Below are positions 49,076 to 59,340 of a stretch of DNA of 64,000 nucleotides, one piece after another. A model generated the notes under the pieces. That model was not told the DNA's origin, did no database searches, and saw only the letters and a list, made by a program, of their open reading frames with translations. Each line of letters begins with the position of its first letter. The first letter of the stretch is position 1. A program made the translations under genes and the position numbers. The DNA comes from Planctomycetota bacterium. GTDB lineage: Bacteria; Planctomycetota; JAJSAM01; JAJVHW01. The stretch lies in NCBI GenBank assembly GCA_965248445.1, contig CBDFJG010000002.1:288001-352000 (forward strand), written 5' to 3'.

Positions 49076-51001
49076 TCAGTCGGCGGCTTCGGGCTTCCTC
49101 TCGACGCAAACTCGGTTGCGGCCGTAGTTCTTGGCGGCGTACATCGCCTCGTCGGCTCGCTGGACCAGTTTGTCCACGTCGTCGCCGCGCACGAACTCGG
49201 TGACGCCGATCGACACGGAGAGGCGCTGCGGCTGGTACTGCGGGAACATCTCCCCACCTTCGGTCTCCATGGTGAAACGAAGGCGCTCGGCATAGAGGAC
49301 GGCGTGCGACAAAGCAGTCTCCGGCAGGACGACGAGGAATTCCTCTCCGCCGTAGCGGCCGTACGCATCGACGTCGCGACTGCAGGACGCGATGAGCTGG
49401 GCGACCGCCTTCAGCACGACATCGCCAACCTGGTGGCCGTGGTGATCGTTCCACCGCTTGAAGAAGTCCACGTCGAGGAGCGCGACGGACAGGCTGTGTC
49501 CGAACCGGTCCGCGCGGCGGATCTCGCGATCGAGGATCGAGACGATGTTGCGGCGGTTGTTGATGCCCGTCAGTTCGTCCTTCTCCGCGAGCGACCGCAG
49601 AGTCTCGCCCTGCACGTCGAGCGCCGCGTTCTGAAGCACGAGGCCGAGCGCGTCACAGAGCAGTCCGAGCAGTGCGGCGTCTTCGTCGGTCAGGCGGCGT
49701 CCGGAAAAGAACTGATCCACGACCACGACGCCGAAATTGGCGGCTCCCGCGGACAGGCGGGCGGCGAGCATCTGATCCACTGCGAGGCGCGAGAGCGCGC
49801 CGCCGTCCGTCTCGTGATCCTCAATCAGAACAGCGTCGCCGGCAGCCACGACGCGCTGCAGAGCGCCACCGTGGCTGCACGGGACCTCGAACCCGAGCAA
49901 CCCGCCTGCCAGCGGCAGGCCCGAAGGATCGATCACGGTGCGCGCGCGCATGCGGGTCGCGTCCGTGGAGTCGGGATCGAGCAGCACCACTCGACCGAAG
50001 CCCAGTCCGTCGCGGATGGCGTGCAGCCCGCGCTCGAGTATTCCCGTCACCGAGTTGCACGCTCGCGCTGCCATCAGCTTGCGGTGCACCTCGGCGACGC
50101 GGCCGGCGGTCCTCGCGACGTGCACGCCTGGTACACCCCGCTCGCCCTCGATCGCGCGCATCTCCGCGTTCGTGAGCTGGCGGACGAAGTCGTGCGGCTC
50201 CGCGTCGTCGAGGCCCAACAACGCAGCAGCGTGTCGCAACTCCAGCTCGATCGCCTCGCGCACCTGTCCGATGGCGCGGCTCTCAGGGACGTCGCTGTCG
50301 ATCGGTTCGTAGTCGCTCGACTGGCCGTCGTCGTAGCCGAGTCCGCTTACGAGCTGGTCAGCGCGTGCCAGCAGGATCAGCAGGCGACGGGTCCGTTCGG
50401 GCAGTGGCTGACCGGAGATCGCAATCGACTCCGCCGGCATCCCGCGCTGCACAGCGCGATGGAAGCGCACCGCAGAGACGACCTCGTCCTGGAGGGCGTA
50501 AGAACGCAGCAGACCGTCTGTCACCTTCTCCGGCGCCTCCGTGTCGGTTCCGGCGAAGCGCCAAGCGAGGTCGTGGAGGAGTCCCGCGACGAACGCGAGG
50601 CTGGCGTCGTCGAACCCGCCGTCGTTCGCCAGGGCCCTGCAAGCCGCGGCCACGGCCACGTCGTGGGCCCAGTGGCGGCAGGCGGACTCGACGTGATCGC
50701 GATCGTCGCCGAGCGCGTACCCGGGCATCGCTTCGGTGATCCGCCGCAGGATCGCCACCGAGGTACGCTCCGCGGCCCGCCTCACCATTGCCCCACCGGA
50801 GGTGTCTTCGTAGACGTAGAGCGGGCAGTGCACGCCGCGTAGGACGGCCCCGGCCATCGCTCCGTCCACCTCGACGATCTGCGCGACGCTTCCGCGGCTC
50901 TCCGGGTCGTCCAGCAGCGTCTGCATGCGAGCACGCACGTGCGCCAGCGTCGGCGCGTGCACGCGTGCGAGGGTCGGGACTGTGAGTTCCGTGGTTGCCA
51001 T
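49076..51001 (-). CDS. HDOD-GAF-GGDEF diguanylate cyclase
   Basis: AFVAGLLHDL (HDOD), DELTGINNRR, DVDFFK..ND..GH..GD, RDVD I-site, GGEEF. Confidence 0.92.
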   Translation of the reverse strand: MATTELTVPTLARVHAPTLAHVRARMQTLLDDPESRGSVAQIVEVDGAMAGAVLRGVHCPLYVYEDTSGGAMVRRAAERTSVAILRRITEAMPGYALGDDRDHVESACRHWAHDVAVAAACRALANDGGFDDASLAFVAGLLHDLAWRFAGTDTEAPEKVTDGLLRSYALQDEVVSAVRFHRAVQRGMPAESIAISGQPLPERTRRLLILLARADQLVSGLGYDDGQSSDYEPIDSDVPESRAIGQVREAIELELRHAAALLGLDDAEPHDFVRQLTNAEMRAIEGERGVPGVHVARTAGRVAEVHRKLMAARACNSVTGILERGLHAIRDGLGFGRVVLLDPDSTDATRMRARTVIDPSGLPLAGGLLGFEVPCSHGGALQRVVAAGDAVLIEDHETDGGALSRLAVDQMLAARLSAGAANFGVVVVDQFFSGRRLTDEDAALLGLLCDALGLVLQNAALDVQGETLRSLAEKDELTGINNRRNIVSILDREIRRADRFGHSLSVALLDVDFFKRWNDHHGHQVGDVVLKAVAQLIASCSRDVDAYGRYGGEEFLVVLPETALSHAVLYAERLRFTMETEGGEMFPQYQPQRLSVSIGVTEFVRGDDVDKLVQRADEAMYAAKNYGRNRVCVERKPEAAD

Positions 51002-51122
51002 GGGCCCACTCGGACTATCGGCAGGGCGGCCTGCGCGTGTGTAGCGCGGACACCTCGTCAGGCTCGACCCAGGCTCGAACTGGCCCCGCGGGCCGCGGCT
51101 GGCTGCCCGATCGGCCCCGGCC

Positions 51123-51881
51123 TCAGGCGGAGCGGCCGGCCAGGCTCGCGAGGAGCACACACCCGGCCATCGCGACGTTGAGGCTTCCGACGCGCCCCGG
51201 CTGCGCCACGCCGACGGCGCGGCTCGCACCCTGCCGCAGCGCGGCGGGCAGCCCCTGCGCCTCCCCGCCAAGGGCCAGCGCGAGCAACGGCGGCGGAGTC
51301 ACCTTGGAGACGTCCTCCCCGTCCGCGGCGGCCGCCCACAGCTCGCCCCCAGCAGCCATCAACGCCGCGAGCGCCGACTCCGCGGCCTCGGCCTGCGCGA
51401 TCGGAACGTGCAGGTGCGCACCCTGTCCGGCGCGGACGGCGCGTGGTCCGAACAGGTCGGTGGTTCCGGGCAGGCCGAGCACGGACCGCGCACCGAGCGC
51501 TTCGGCCGCGCGCACCAGGGTTCCAGCGTTCCCGGGATCTTGGACTCCCGCAAGAACGAGATGGAGCCCACCGGCGGTCCACGCCGACGGGTCGTACGCG
51601 GGCTCCCTGAGCACCGCAACGACTCCCTGCGGCGCCGACGTGCCGGCGACCTCGCGCAGCGCCTTCGATCCGACGTCGCGCACCCGCACGCCCGCTGCCC
51701 GGAGCCGCGCCACCGTCGCCGACGCCGCGTCGTTGGCGATCTCCGGGCATGCGAACGCGTCACACACGTCGACGTGCGCCTCGAGGGCAAGGTCGATCAC
51801 GTGCGGCCCCTCCGCGAGGAACAGCCCGCTCCGCCGCCGTACGCGCGGCTTCAGGAGTTTGCGTGCGCCTGCGAGCGGCAC
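51123..51881 (-). CDS. TrmH/SpoU family RNA methyltransferase
   Basis: FLAEG, QDPGNAGTLVR, GGEAQGL, SLNVA. Confidence 0.92.
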   Translation of the reverse strand: MPLAGARKLLKPRVRRRSGLFLAEGPHVIDLALEAHVDVCDAFACPEIANDAASATVARLRAAGVRVRDVGSKALREVAGTSAPQGVVAVLREPAYDPSAWTAGGLHLVLAGVQDPGNAGTLVRAAEALGARSVLGLPGTTDLFGPRAVRAGQGAHLHVPIAQAEAAESALAALMAAGGELWAAAADGEDVSKVTPPPLLALALGGEAQGLPAALRQGASRAVGVAQPGRVGSLNVAMAGCVLLASLAGRSA

Positions 51882-51882
51882 G

Positions 51883-52878
51883 TCAGCACCGCTCCCTGAG
51901 GAAGTCGAGCACCGACTGGAGGTCCGCCGGCAGCGGTGCCTTGTACACCGCGCGTTCGCCGGTCACCGGGTGGCGGATCTCGAGCCGGGACGAGTGCAGC
52001 GCAACGCGCTCGAGCAGGACCGACTCGTCACCGCCCGCTGGATCCACGTCGCGCGCGTGCACCGGCCTGGTGCCGCCGTACGTCTCGTCGGCAAGAAGCG
52101 GGTGCCCGGTGTGCGCCGAGTGCACGCGGATCTGATGCGTGCGGCCGGTCAGCGGAAAGAAGCGCACCAGCGACGCGGTGCCGAACCCCTCCTCGACCCG
52201 GTACTCGGTGCGGCTCGGCAGCCCGTCCGGATCGACGATCAGCCGAGGCCAATCGACCCGCCGGTGGAGGATCGGCGCGTCGATGACGCCCTCCGCCGGC
52301 GACGGCTCCCCGTGCACCAGCGCCAAGTACTCCTTCTTGACCTCGCGCGCCTCGAACTGGAGCGACACGTCCGCCTTCAGCTTGTCGGAGAACGCGAACA
52401 GCAGGACGCCCGAGGTCTCCTTGTCGATGCGGTGGCATATGTGCGGAACGCGGTCCCGCTCCGGGTTCGCCGTGTCGCGGTAGCGGGCGTGCAGAGCGGA
52501 GAGCACGTTCGTCAGCGTGTGGCCGCTGGTCGGGTGCACGACGATCCCGGGTCGCTTGTTGACCGCCATCAAGTGTCCGTCGTCGACCAGCACGTCGATG
52601 GGGATGCTGGCCGGGTCGACCGCGACGTCGGGCTGCGGTATCCGGATCACGACACGGTCGCCGTCGTGCAGCCGTGTGGAGCTCTTGCGCAGCGACTCGT
52701 TCACCGTGACACGCCCCTCGTCTACGAGTTGCTGCAGCTCGGTGCGGCTACGCCAGCGCACGCGCTCCGCCAGAAACCGATCGAGGCGCATGCCGTCCTG
52801 CGGCAGCTCGACGCGGAGATTCCAGTGCGTGCGCGGCTTCGAGAGGTCGGCGTACTGCCGTGGCTGGCGGGAACCCAT
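51883..52878 (-). CDS. RluA/RluD family pseudouridine synthase with S4 domain
   Basis: RLDRFL, VNKRPG, HRIDKETSG, TGRTHQIRVH. Confidence 0.95.
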   Translation of the reverse strand: MGSRQPRQYADLSKPRTHWNLRVELPQDGMRLDRFLAERVRWRSRTELQQLVDEGRVTVNESLRKSSTRLHDGDRVVIRIPQPDVAVDPASIPIDVLVDDGHLMAVNKRPGIVVHPTSGHTLTNVLSALHARYRDTANPERDRVPHICHRIDKETSGVLLFAFSDKLKADVSLQFEAREVKKEYLALVHGEPSPAEGVIDAPILHRRVDWPRLIVDPDGLPSRTEYRVEEGFGTASLVRFFPLTGRTHQIRVHSAHTGHPLLADETYGGTRPVHARDVDPAGGDESVLLERVALHSSRLEIRHPVTGERAVYKAPLPADLQSVLDFLRERC

Positions 52879-52897
52879 GGCTACTCGACTGCCTTCG

Positions 52898-54025
52898 TCA
52901 CGTGACGATCCTGTCGAATCGGGCGAGCGCGAGCGCCGTGAAGAACGCAGGCGCGAACCAGGCCGCGATCATCGGTTGCAGCTCGCCGCGCGTGCCCATC
53001 TCCTGGAAGAACAGGTCGACGGCCATGTACGAGACCGCACAGCCGAACGCGACGGCCAGCCCGGCCGCGATGGAGCGCTGCCCGGGCCGCGCCACGAACG
53101 GCAACCCGAGTAACAGGAGGACGAAGCTCGCCACCGGGCGGGCTCTCCGCGTGAGCAGTTGCATCTCGATCCTGTCTCGCCGATCGGGATAGAGCTCCTG
53201 CATTGCCTCGAGCTTGGCCCGCGAAAGCGACGCCGTCTCGTCCTCGATCAGCACTTCGATGTCGTCCGGCGTCAGTTCCATCGGGATCGGGGTGCGCAAG
53301 TCGATGACGTGGGGATTCTGCAGCCGGCCCTCGGCGTCCGTGCCCTCCGGCTGGATCGTCCCGTCCACCGGGAACCACGAGGTGGCGCCCGCGTGCTGGC
53401 GGTAGACGAGCGCGCGTGCGAGCAGCCGCCCGCTCGGGAGGTCGCCGTTCGTATCCGTGAATCCGATCGACGAGATTCCGGTGAGCTTCATCTCGTCGCG
53501 GAACCAGCGGTCCGCCACGAAGGTGTTCGGCCCGGAGCGGAGGTGCGGAACGGTGCGGCCGCGCGCCACGTCGTCGATGTCCATCCGCCGCTCGATCCGT
53601 TCGAGCTGACGCAGCGACGGCGGCACGATGTGCTCCTCGGCCACCATCAGGAGGACGGTCAGTCCGACGGCGACCAGATACACGGGCAGGAGGATGCGGT
53701 GCACGCTCCGGCCGGCGGAGATCATGGGGCCGAGCTCGTTGTGCCGGGTGAACGTCATCAAACAGGCGATCGCCGCGAAGAGCGTCAGGTACGGCGCAAA
53801 GACCAGCGTCATGACCGGGATGCGCGCGGCGTAGAACTCGATGGCGAGCCGCGTGATCGAGACGTCGTTGCGAGCATCACCTGCGACCTCGAGGAACTCG
53901 TCGATCTTGCCGACACCGTCCACCACGAGGAACAGCAGCAGGAAACCGAACAGGCAGATGCCGTACACGCTCATGAAGCGCCGCAGCACGTAGCGGTCGA
54001 GCTGTCCGAAGACGCGGGTCCACAT
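52898..54025 (-). CDS. lptG: LPS export permease LptG-like
   Basis: LDRYVLR, NEL..MISAG.S..RI, terminal AAW.AP; paired with lptF. Confidence 0.82.
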   Translation of the reverse strand: MWTRVFGQLDRYVLRRFMSVYGICLFGFLLLFLVVDGVGKIDEFLEVAGDARNDVSITRLAIEFYAARIPVMTLVFAPYLTLFAAIACLMTFTRHNELGPMISAGRSVHRILLPVYLVAVGLTVLLMVAEEHIVPPSLRQLERIERRMDIDDVARGRTVPHLRSGPNTFVADRWFRDEMKLTGISSIGFTDTNGDLPSGRLLARALVYRQHAGATSWFPVDGTIQPEGTDAEGRLQNPHVIDLRTPIPMELTPDDIEVLIEDETASLSRAKLEAMQELYPDRRDRIEMQLLTRRARPVASFVLLLLGLPFVARPGQRSIAAGLAVAFGCAVSYMAVDLFFQEMGTRGELQPMIAAWFAPAFFTALALARFDRIVT

Positions 54026-54027
54026 GT

Positions 54028-55152
54028 TCACGTCCGCACGGCCCTGCGGAGCATGTAGAGCCCGCCGCCCACGAGCATCAGATTGCCGAGGTTCAGCCCG
54101 AGGGGCGCCGGGAGCGTCCCGGCCTCTGCCAGATTCTCGCCGAGGCGCAGCAGCGGGTAGTAGACCGGCAACGCCACGATCAGGGCGGTGATGAACGCGG
54201 CCGCGCGCGAACCGCGGCCGGTGACCAGGCCGAGGGGCGCGCCGACAATCCCGAACACCAGCGGGGCGATGCCGAGCGCGAGACGCCGCCACAATTCGGA
54301 CTGCCAGTCGCGCTTCTCCTGAGGGTCGGGAGTGTCGCGGCCCATCCGGTAGAGCAACTGTGGGACCGTCATCAGCGCGGCGCGCTTGTGCTCCTCGTGA
54401 GGCGACTCCCCGACCAGGCTCTCGAGGTTCACGGCGATCAGCGCCTCGCGCTTCGTGACGCGCGTGTCCCCCTGCCGCCATTGCGCCTCGAACAGACGGA
54501 GGAACAGCGTATCGCCATCGTCGGCGAGCCACAGCAGCGCACGCTCAGCCCGCAGTTCGAGTTGTGCGGTCCCGAGCGCCAGCCCGTCGATTGACGCGTC
54601 CGCGCTGGAGCTGTTCTTGCTGCCTCGGTACGTGATGTAGACGTCGAGAAACCCGCCCTTGTCGTCCCGCCCGCCGGCCGACATCTGGAAGTGCTTCCCG
54701 ACCGTGACGCTCGTCGACTCGCCCGCACCGAGCGCGCGCACCAACTGCTGAATCTGGTCCTTGAGGATCGCCTTCTTGCCGAGCGTCGCCCACGGCAGGA
54801 CGTCCATGTTCAGCCAGAGCGTTCCGAACGAGAGGACGATCCCGATGAGGATGGCCGGAGCGACGGCGTGCCAGGGGTGCACTCCGCCCATCTTGAAGGC
54901 CGTGAACTCGTTGTCTGAGGCGAAGCGGCCGTACGAGAGGAGGCACGCCACCAGGAACGCGAGCGGCAGCGTGATCGGGAACGCCTCGGGCAGCACGAAC
55001 GGCAGTGCTTGGAGCATCGCCACGAGGCCGAGCTCCGGGGCCTTGTGCAGGAACTGCAGGATCAGCGCGGCCCCGACGATCGCCGTGACGATCGCGAGGA
55101 GCAGGAAGAACGCGAGGATCAGTTCCTTCCCGATGTACCGCTGGAGCCTCAT
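54028..55152 (-). CDS. lptF: LPS export permease LptF-like
   Basis: LQRYIGKEL, LP.AFL...L..YGR...DNE.TA....G, G.PLG....R. Confidence 0.82.
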   Translation of the reverse strand: MRLQRYIGKELILAFFLLLAIVTAIVGAALILQFLHKAPELGLVAMLQALPFVLPEAFPITLPLAFLVACLLSYGRFASDNEFTAFKMGGVHPWHAVAPAILIGIVLSFGTLWLNMDVLPWATLGKKAILKDQIQQLVRALGAGESTSVTVGKHFQMSAGGRDDKGGFLDVYITYRGSKNSSSADASIDGLALGTAQLELRAERALLWLADDGDTLFLRLFEAQWRQGDTRVTKREALIAVNLESLVGESPHEEHKRAALMTVPQLLYRMGRDTPDPQEKRDWQSELWRRLALGIAPLVFGIVGAPLGLVTGRGSRAAAFITALIVALPVYYPLLRLGENLAEAGTLPAPLGLNLGNLMLVGGGLYMLRRAVRT

Positions 55153-55309
55153 GTCGGGCGCGCCCCCTCTCCTATCGCATCCAGACTTCCCGCCCGCTTC
55201 TGTCACGGTGCGTTCCGAGCCTGGCCGCAAGTCGCCAACCGCCGGAGACGGAGGACCCGCGCACGCCCCGCCTGAGGTGGATACGATCTTGCCCGCTCGC
55301 CCAACCCTC

Positions 55310-57163
55310 ATGAAATCCACCCGGTCCCACGACCCCGCCTCGGGCGCCTCCACGGTCCGCCGACTGCTCCGAGCGCTGCAGCCCCGCGTCCATCGCGTGG
55401 CGCTGGGCACCGTGCTCGGCATCGTGGCAGGCGCCCTGGCGGTCGGCGGCATCACCACACTGGCCCCCGTGCTCGACGTGATCTTGGAACCAGGAGGAAT
55501 CGACGAGACGCTCGCGCGGCTGCGCGGCATGGGCGCGCTGGGAGCCGCCGCCGCGGATCGGGCGGATGCATTCGCGGGCGGCAGCGCCCTACGGCTCCTG
55601 GCGGTGTTCCTCGGCGTGATGGTCGTGCTCTCGGCGCTGGCGGCGGTCGCCACGTTCGCGCACAAGGTGATCGTCGAGCTCGTGACGTCGCGCACGCAGC
55701 TCGATCTCGCCGAGCAGCTGTACGACCGGATCACGGAGCAGGACGAGCACACTCTGGCGCGGCTCGGCGCCGGGACGCTGTCTGCGCGCTTCAGCTACGA
55801 CCTCGACATGACGGGTAAGGCGATCGGCACGCTGATCGGGATCCTCGTGCTCGAGCCGTGCCGTTTCGTCTTCGCGCTCGGTGCAGCGCTCTTCATGTCA
55901 TGGAAGCTCGTCGTGGTGTCACTCGCTGTCGTGCCACCGGCGGCGCTCGTGCTGCAACTGCTCGGGAGACGCATCCGCAAGGCGGCCGAAGGCATGCTCG
56001 CCAAGCGCAGCGAGATGCTGTCGCGCGTGCACGAGACGGTCACGGCACTCCCCGCCGTGCAGGTCTACGGTCGCGAGGACCGCGAGCGTTCGCGCTTCCG
56101 CCAGGTGACCGGCCGCGTGTACGCGTGGACGAAGCGATTGGCGCGGCTCGAGGCGGCCAACGGACCCGGTCTGCAGTTGGCCGAAGTGCTCGCCATTGCA
56201 CCGGTGCTCTGGTTCGGCGGGTGGCTCGTCGTGAACGGCGAACTGCGCAAGGGCGCGCTCATGGCGGTCTTCGCGCTGCTCGGCGCCGCCTGGGGACCGC
56301 TGCGTAAGACGGCCGGCGCTGCTAATCGTCTGCAGGGCGGCATCGCGGGCGCGGCGCGTCTGTTCGGATCGATCGACATGCCCCGCCGCGTGGAGGAGCG
56401 CAGCGGCGCACAGCCGTTCCCGCCCGTGGCGCACGAGGTGAGGTGGGACGGCGTGCGCATCGTGCACGCGGACGGGCGCGTCGCGCTCGACGGCGTCTCG
56501 TTCCACGCGCCGGCCGGTAGGACAACAGCTCTGGTCGGGCCATCCGGATCCGGCAAGACGACCGCGCTGCACATGCTCCCCCGTCTGCTCGATCCAGACG
56601 ACGGGAGCGTCACACTCGACGGACGCGACGTCCGGGATTGCACCCTCGTGTCGCTGCGTGCGCGCCTGGCACTCGTGACGCAGCATTCGCGGCTGTTGGG
56701 CGGCACGCTTGCGGAGAACATCGCGTACGCGCGGCCGGCGGCGTCTGCCGAGGAGATAGCAGCGGCGGTTCGCATCGCGCGCGTGGACGAGATCGCCGAT
56801 CGTCTTCCCCAGGGGCTAGAGACCGTGCTCGACGAGGGGGGGGCCGGTCTATCGGGCGGTGAGCGGCAGCGCGTCGCGATTGCACGCGCTGTAGTGCGGG
56901 ATCCCGAGATCCTGCTGCTCGACGAACCGACGTCTGCTCTGGACCCCGAGAACGAACGTCTGGTCGAAGCGGCGATGACGGAGATGGCGCGTGGCCGCAC
57001 GACGATCGTCGTGGCGCACCGGCGCGAGACCGTGCTCGCGGCAGATCACGTCGTCGTGCTGGCCGGAGGGAGGGTCGAGGCCGAAGGCACGCCAGACGAC
57101 GTGGCCGTGGCCTCGGCCACGTTCCGGGAGCTCTTCGGCGACGTGGTAAGACAGGAGGCATGA
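55310..57163 (+). CDS. ABC transporter, fused permease/ATPase (MsbA-like)
   Basis: TM domain, GPSGSGKTT, LSGGERQR, LLLDEPTSALD; divergent from lptFG. Confidence 0.9.
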   Translation: MKSTRSHDPASGASTVRRLLRALQPRVHRVALGTVLGIVAGALAVGGITTLAPVLDVILEPGGIDETLARLRGMGALGAAAADRADAFAGGSALRLLAVFLGVMVVLSALAAVATFAHKVIVELVTSRTQLDLAEQLYDRITEQDEHTLARLGAGTLSARFSYDLDMTGKAIGTLIGILVLEPCRFVFALGAALFMSWKLVVVSLAVVPPAALVLQLLGRRIRKAAEGMLAKRSEMLSRVHETVTALPAVQVYGREDRERSRFRQVTGRVYAWTKRLARLEAANGPGLQLAEVLAIAPVLWFGGWLVVNGELRKGALMAVFALLGAAWGPLRKTAGAANRLQGGIAGAARLFGSIDMPRRVEERSGAQPFPPVAHEVRWDGVRIVHADGRVALDGVSFHAPAGRTTALVGPSGSGKTTALHMLPRLLDPDDGSVTLDGRDVRDCTLVSLRARLALVTQHSRLLGGTLAENIAYARPAASAEEIAAAVRIARVDEIADRLPQGLETVLDEGGAGLSGGERQRVAIARAVVRDPEILLLDEPTSALDPENERLVEAAMTEMARGRTTIVVAHRRETVLAADHVVVLAGGRVEAEGTPDDVAVASATFRELFGDVVRQEA

Positions 57164-58098
57164 GCCCACTCCTGCCCCGCCACCCTGTTTCCATCGTCGG
57201 CGTGCGGCTCGATCTCGGGGCCGGACGCCGCGGCACCGACATGGGTCCCTCCGCCGTCCGTATCGCCGGCCTGCACGATGGCCTGGCCCGGGCCGGCTTC
57301 AGGGACGTCGTCGATACCGGCGACGTGGGACACGACGCCGTCGAGACACTCGACGCCGGCGATCCCAAGGCCAAGCACCTGGACGAGATAGCAAGCGTCT
57401 GCACGCAGCTCGCTGCGCGCGTCAGGGGTGTGCTCGATGAAGGCCGCGTTCCCGTGGTCATCGGCGGCGATCACTCGTGCGCTGTCGGCACGTTCTCCGG
57501 CGTCGTCGCGCACTTCCGCCAGAAGGACGTCCAGCCCGGGATCATCTGGGTCGATGCGCACGGGGATATGAACACGCCCTCGTCCTCGAACAGCGGCAAC
57601 GTGCACGGGATGCCGCTCGCAGCGCTGCTCGGCATGGGCCCGGGTGAACTGACGGACATCGCCGGCGCCAAGCCGAAGGTCACCTCCGACCGCGTTGCGC
57701 TCGTCGGCATCCGCGACCTCGACTACGAGGAGCGCAAGATCGTCCACAACTCGAACGTCACCGTCTTCACGATGAAGGACATCGACGAGATGGGCATGAC
57801 GGCCGTCATGCGCGAGGCGATTGGAGTCGCGAGCGGTCCGGGAGCCGAGCCGTTCCACATGAGCTTCGACCTCGACGGCGTGGACCCGGAGCACGCCCCC
57901 GGCGTCGGCACCGCCGTGTTGGGCGGTCTGACCTACCGCGAGGCGCACCTCGCGATGGAACTGGCCGCCGAGTCCCGCCGCATGTGCAGCGTCGAAGTCA
58001 CCGAGATCAACCCGATCCTCGACGTCGCCAACCGCACCGGCAAGCTGGCCATGGAGCTGATCCTGTCGGCCCTCGGCAAGCGCATCTTCGCTGACTGA
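57160..58098 (+). CDS. rocF: Arginase
   Basis: GGDHS, DAHGD.N, SGNVHGMP, SFDLDGVDP, TEINP. Confidence 0.95.
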   Translation: MSPLLPRHPVSIVGVRLDLGAGRRGTDMGPSAVRIAGLHDGLARAGFRDVVDTGDVGHDAVETLDAGDPKAKHLDEIASVCTQLAARVRGVLDEGRVPVVIGGDHSCAVGTFSGVVAHFRQKDVQPGIIWVDAHGDMNTPSSSNSGNVHGMPLAALLGMGPGELTDIAGAKPKVTSDRVALVGIRDLDYEERKIVHNSNVTVFTMKDIDEMGMTAVMREAIGVASGPGAEPFHMSFDLDGVDPEHAPGVGTAVLGGLTYREAHLAMELAAESRRMCSVEVTEINPILDVANRTGKLAMELILSALGKRIFAD

Positions 58099-58228
58099 CC
58101 GCCGGTCGAAGCGGCCCTGCGGGTCACGAATCGTCGCTGCGCGGCGAACCCGTTGGCATCCTCGGCCGTTCTGGTGGCGGACGCCGGTCCATGGCGGACC
58201 GGGGTGGACACACGAAGAAGAGGCAGCC

Positions 58229-59197
58229 ATGGCGACCAAGCGACATCTCAGCGGCCTGCAGCCGTCGGGGCTGTTGCACCTCGGCAACTACTTCGGCGCC
58301 ATCGTCCAGCATCTCGAGAACCAGACGGCCGGCGAGTCGTACTACTTCATCGCTGACTACCACGCGCTGACCACGATCCATGACGCCGGGGCATTTCGCG
58401 CGAACGTGCGCGACGTGGCCGTGACGTATCTCTCGCTGGGACTCGACCCGGAGACGTCGACGCTCTATCGCCAGAGTGACGTTCCCGAGGTCACAGAGCT
58501 GGCCTGGCTGCTGGCGACGGTGACGCCCATGGGGCTGCTCGAACGCGCCGTGTCCTACAAGGACAAGGTCGCAAAGGGCCTGTCCGCGTCCGCGGGGTTG
58601 TTCACGTACCCCCTGCTGATGGCTGCGGACATCCTCATCGTCGACTCCGAGGTCGTGCCGGTCGGCAAGGACCAGAAGCAGCACGTCGAGATGACGCGCG
58701 ACATCGCCGGGTACTTCAATCAGCGGTACGGCGAGGTCTTCGTGCTCCCCGAGGTGCAGCTCAACAGCGCCCCCCTCGTTCCCGGCACGGACGGCGAGAA
58801 GATGTCGAAGTCCTACGGCAACCACATCCCGCTGTTCGAGTCGGGCAAGCGTCTCACGAAGCTCGTGATGTCGATCGTCACGGACTCGACCCCGGTCGAG
58901 GACCCGAAGGACCCGGACAACTGCACGGTCTTCGAGCTCTACTCACTCTTCGCCAGCGTGGCGGAGCGCGACGCGCTGGCGGCACGCTACCGCGCGGGCG
59001 GCATGGGCTACGGCGACGCCAAGAAGCAGTTGCTCGGGAAGATCGAGGAGCACTTCGCGCCATTCATCGCACGGCGGGAGGAGTTGCTAGCGGACCCGGG
59101 TTACGTCGATGACGTCTTGCGCGAAGGTGCTGTGCGTGCGCGCGCCGTGGCGCGCGACGTCACGAACCGAGCGCGCCGCGCGTGCGGCATCGACTGA
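58229..59197 (+). CDS. trpS: Tryptophan--tRNA ligase
   Basis: SGLQPSG.LHLGNY, YPLLMAADIL, VPVGKDQ.QH, KMSKS. Confidence 0.97.
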   Translation: MATKRHLSGLQPSGLLHLGNYFGAIVQHLENQTAGESYYFIADYHALTTIHDAGAFRANVRDVAVTYLSLGLDPETSTLYRQSDVPEVTELAWLLATVTPMGLLERAVSYKDKVAKGLSASAGLFTYPLLMAADILIVDSEVVPVGKDQKQHVEMTRDIAGYFNQRYGEVFVLPEVQLNSAPLVPGTDGEKMSKSYGNHIPLFESGKRLTKLVMSIVTDSTPVEDPKDPDNCTVFELYSLFASVAERDALAARYRAGGMGYGDAKKQLLGKIEEHFAPFIARREELLADPGYVDDVLREGAVRARAVARDVTNRARRACGID

Positions 59198-59231
59198 CCG
59201 CGGGTGTTCCGCACGCCGACGACACCACGGT

Positions 59232-59304
59232 TGTAGGGGCGGGCCGCTGCGCCCGCCCGCGAAACCCGTCGAGGCACGGGCGGGCGCGGCGGCCCGTCCC
59301 TACA
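59232..59304. repeat. Inverted pair of GTAG-type REP sequences
   Basis: TGTAGGGGCGGGCCGCTGCGCCCGCCCG ... CGGGCGGGCGCGGCGGCCCGTCCCTACA between convergent genes. Confidence 0.75.
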
Positions 59305-59340
59305 GGGGTTCCGCGTACTCGCCCCCTTCGTCGCTACCGC

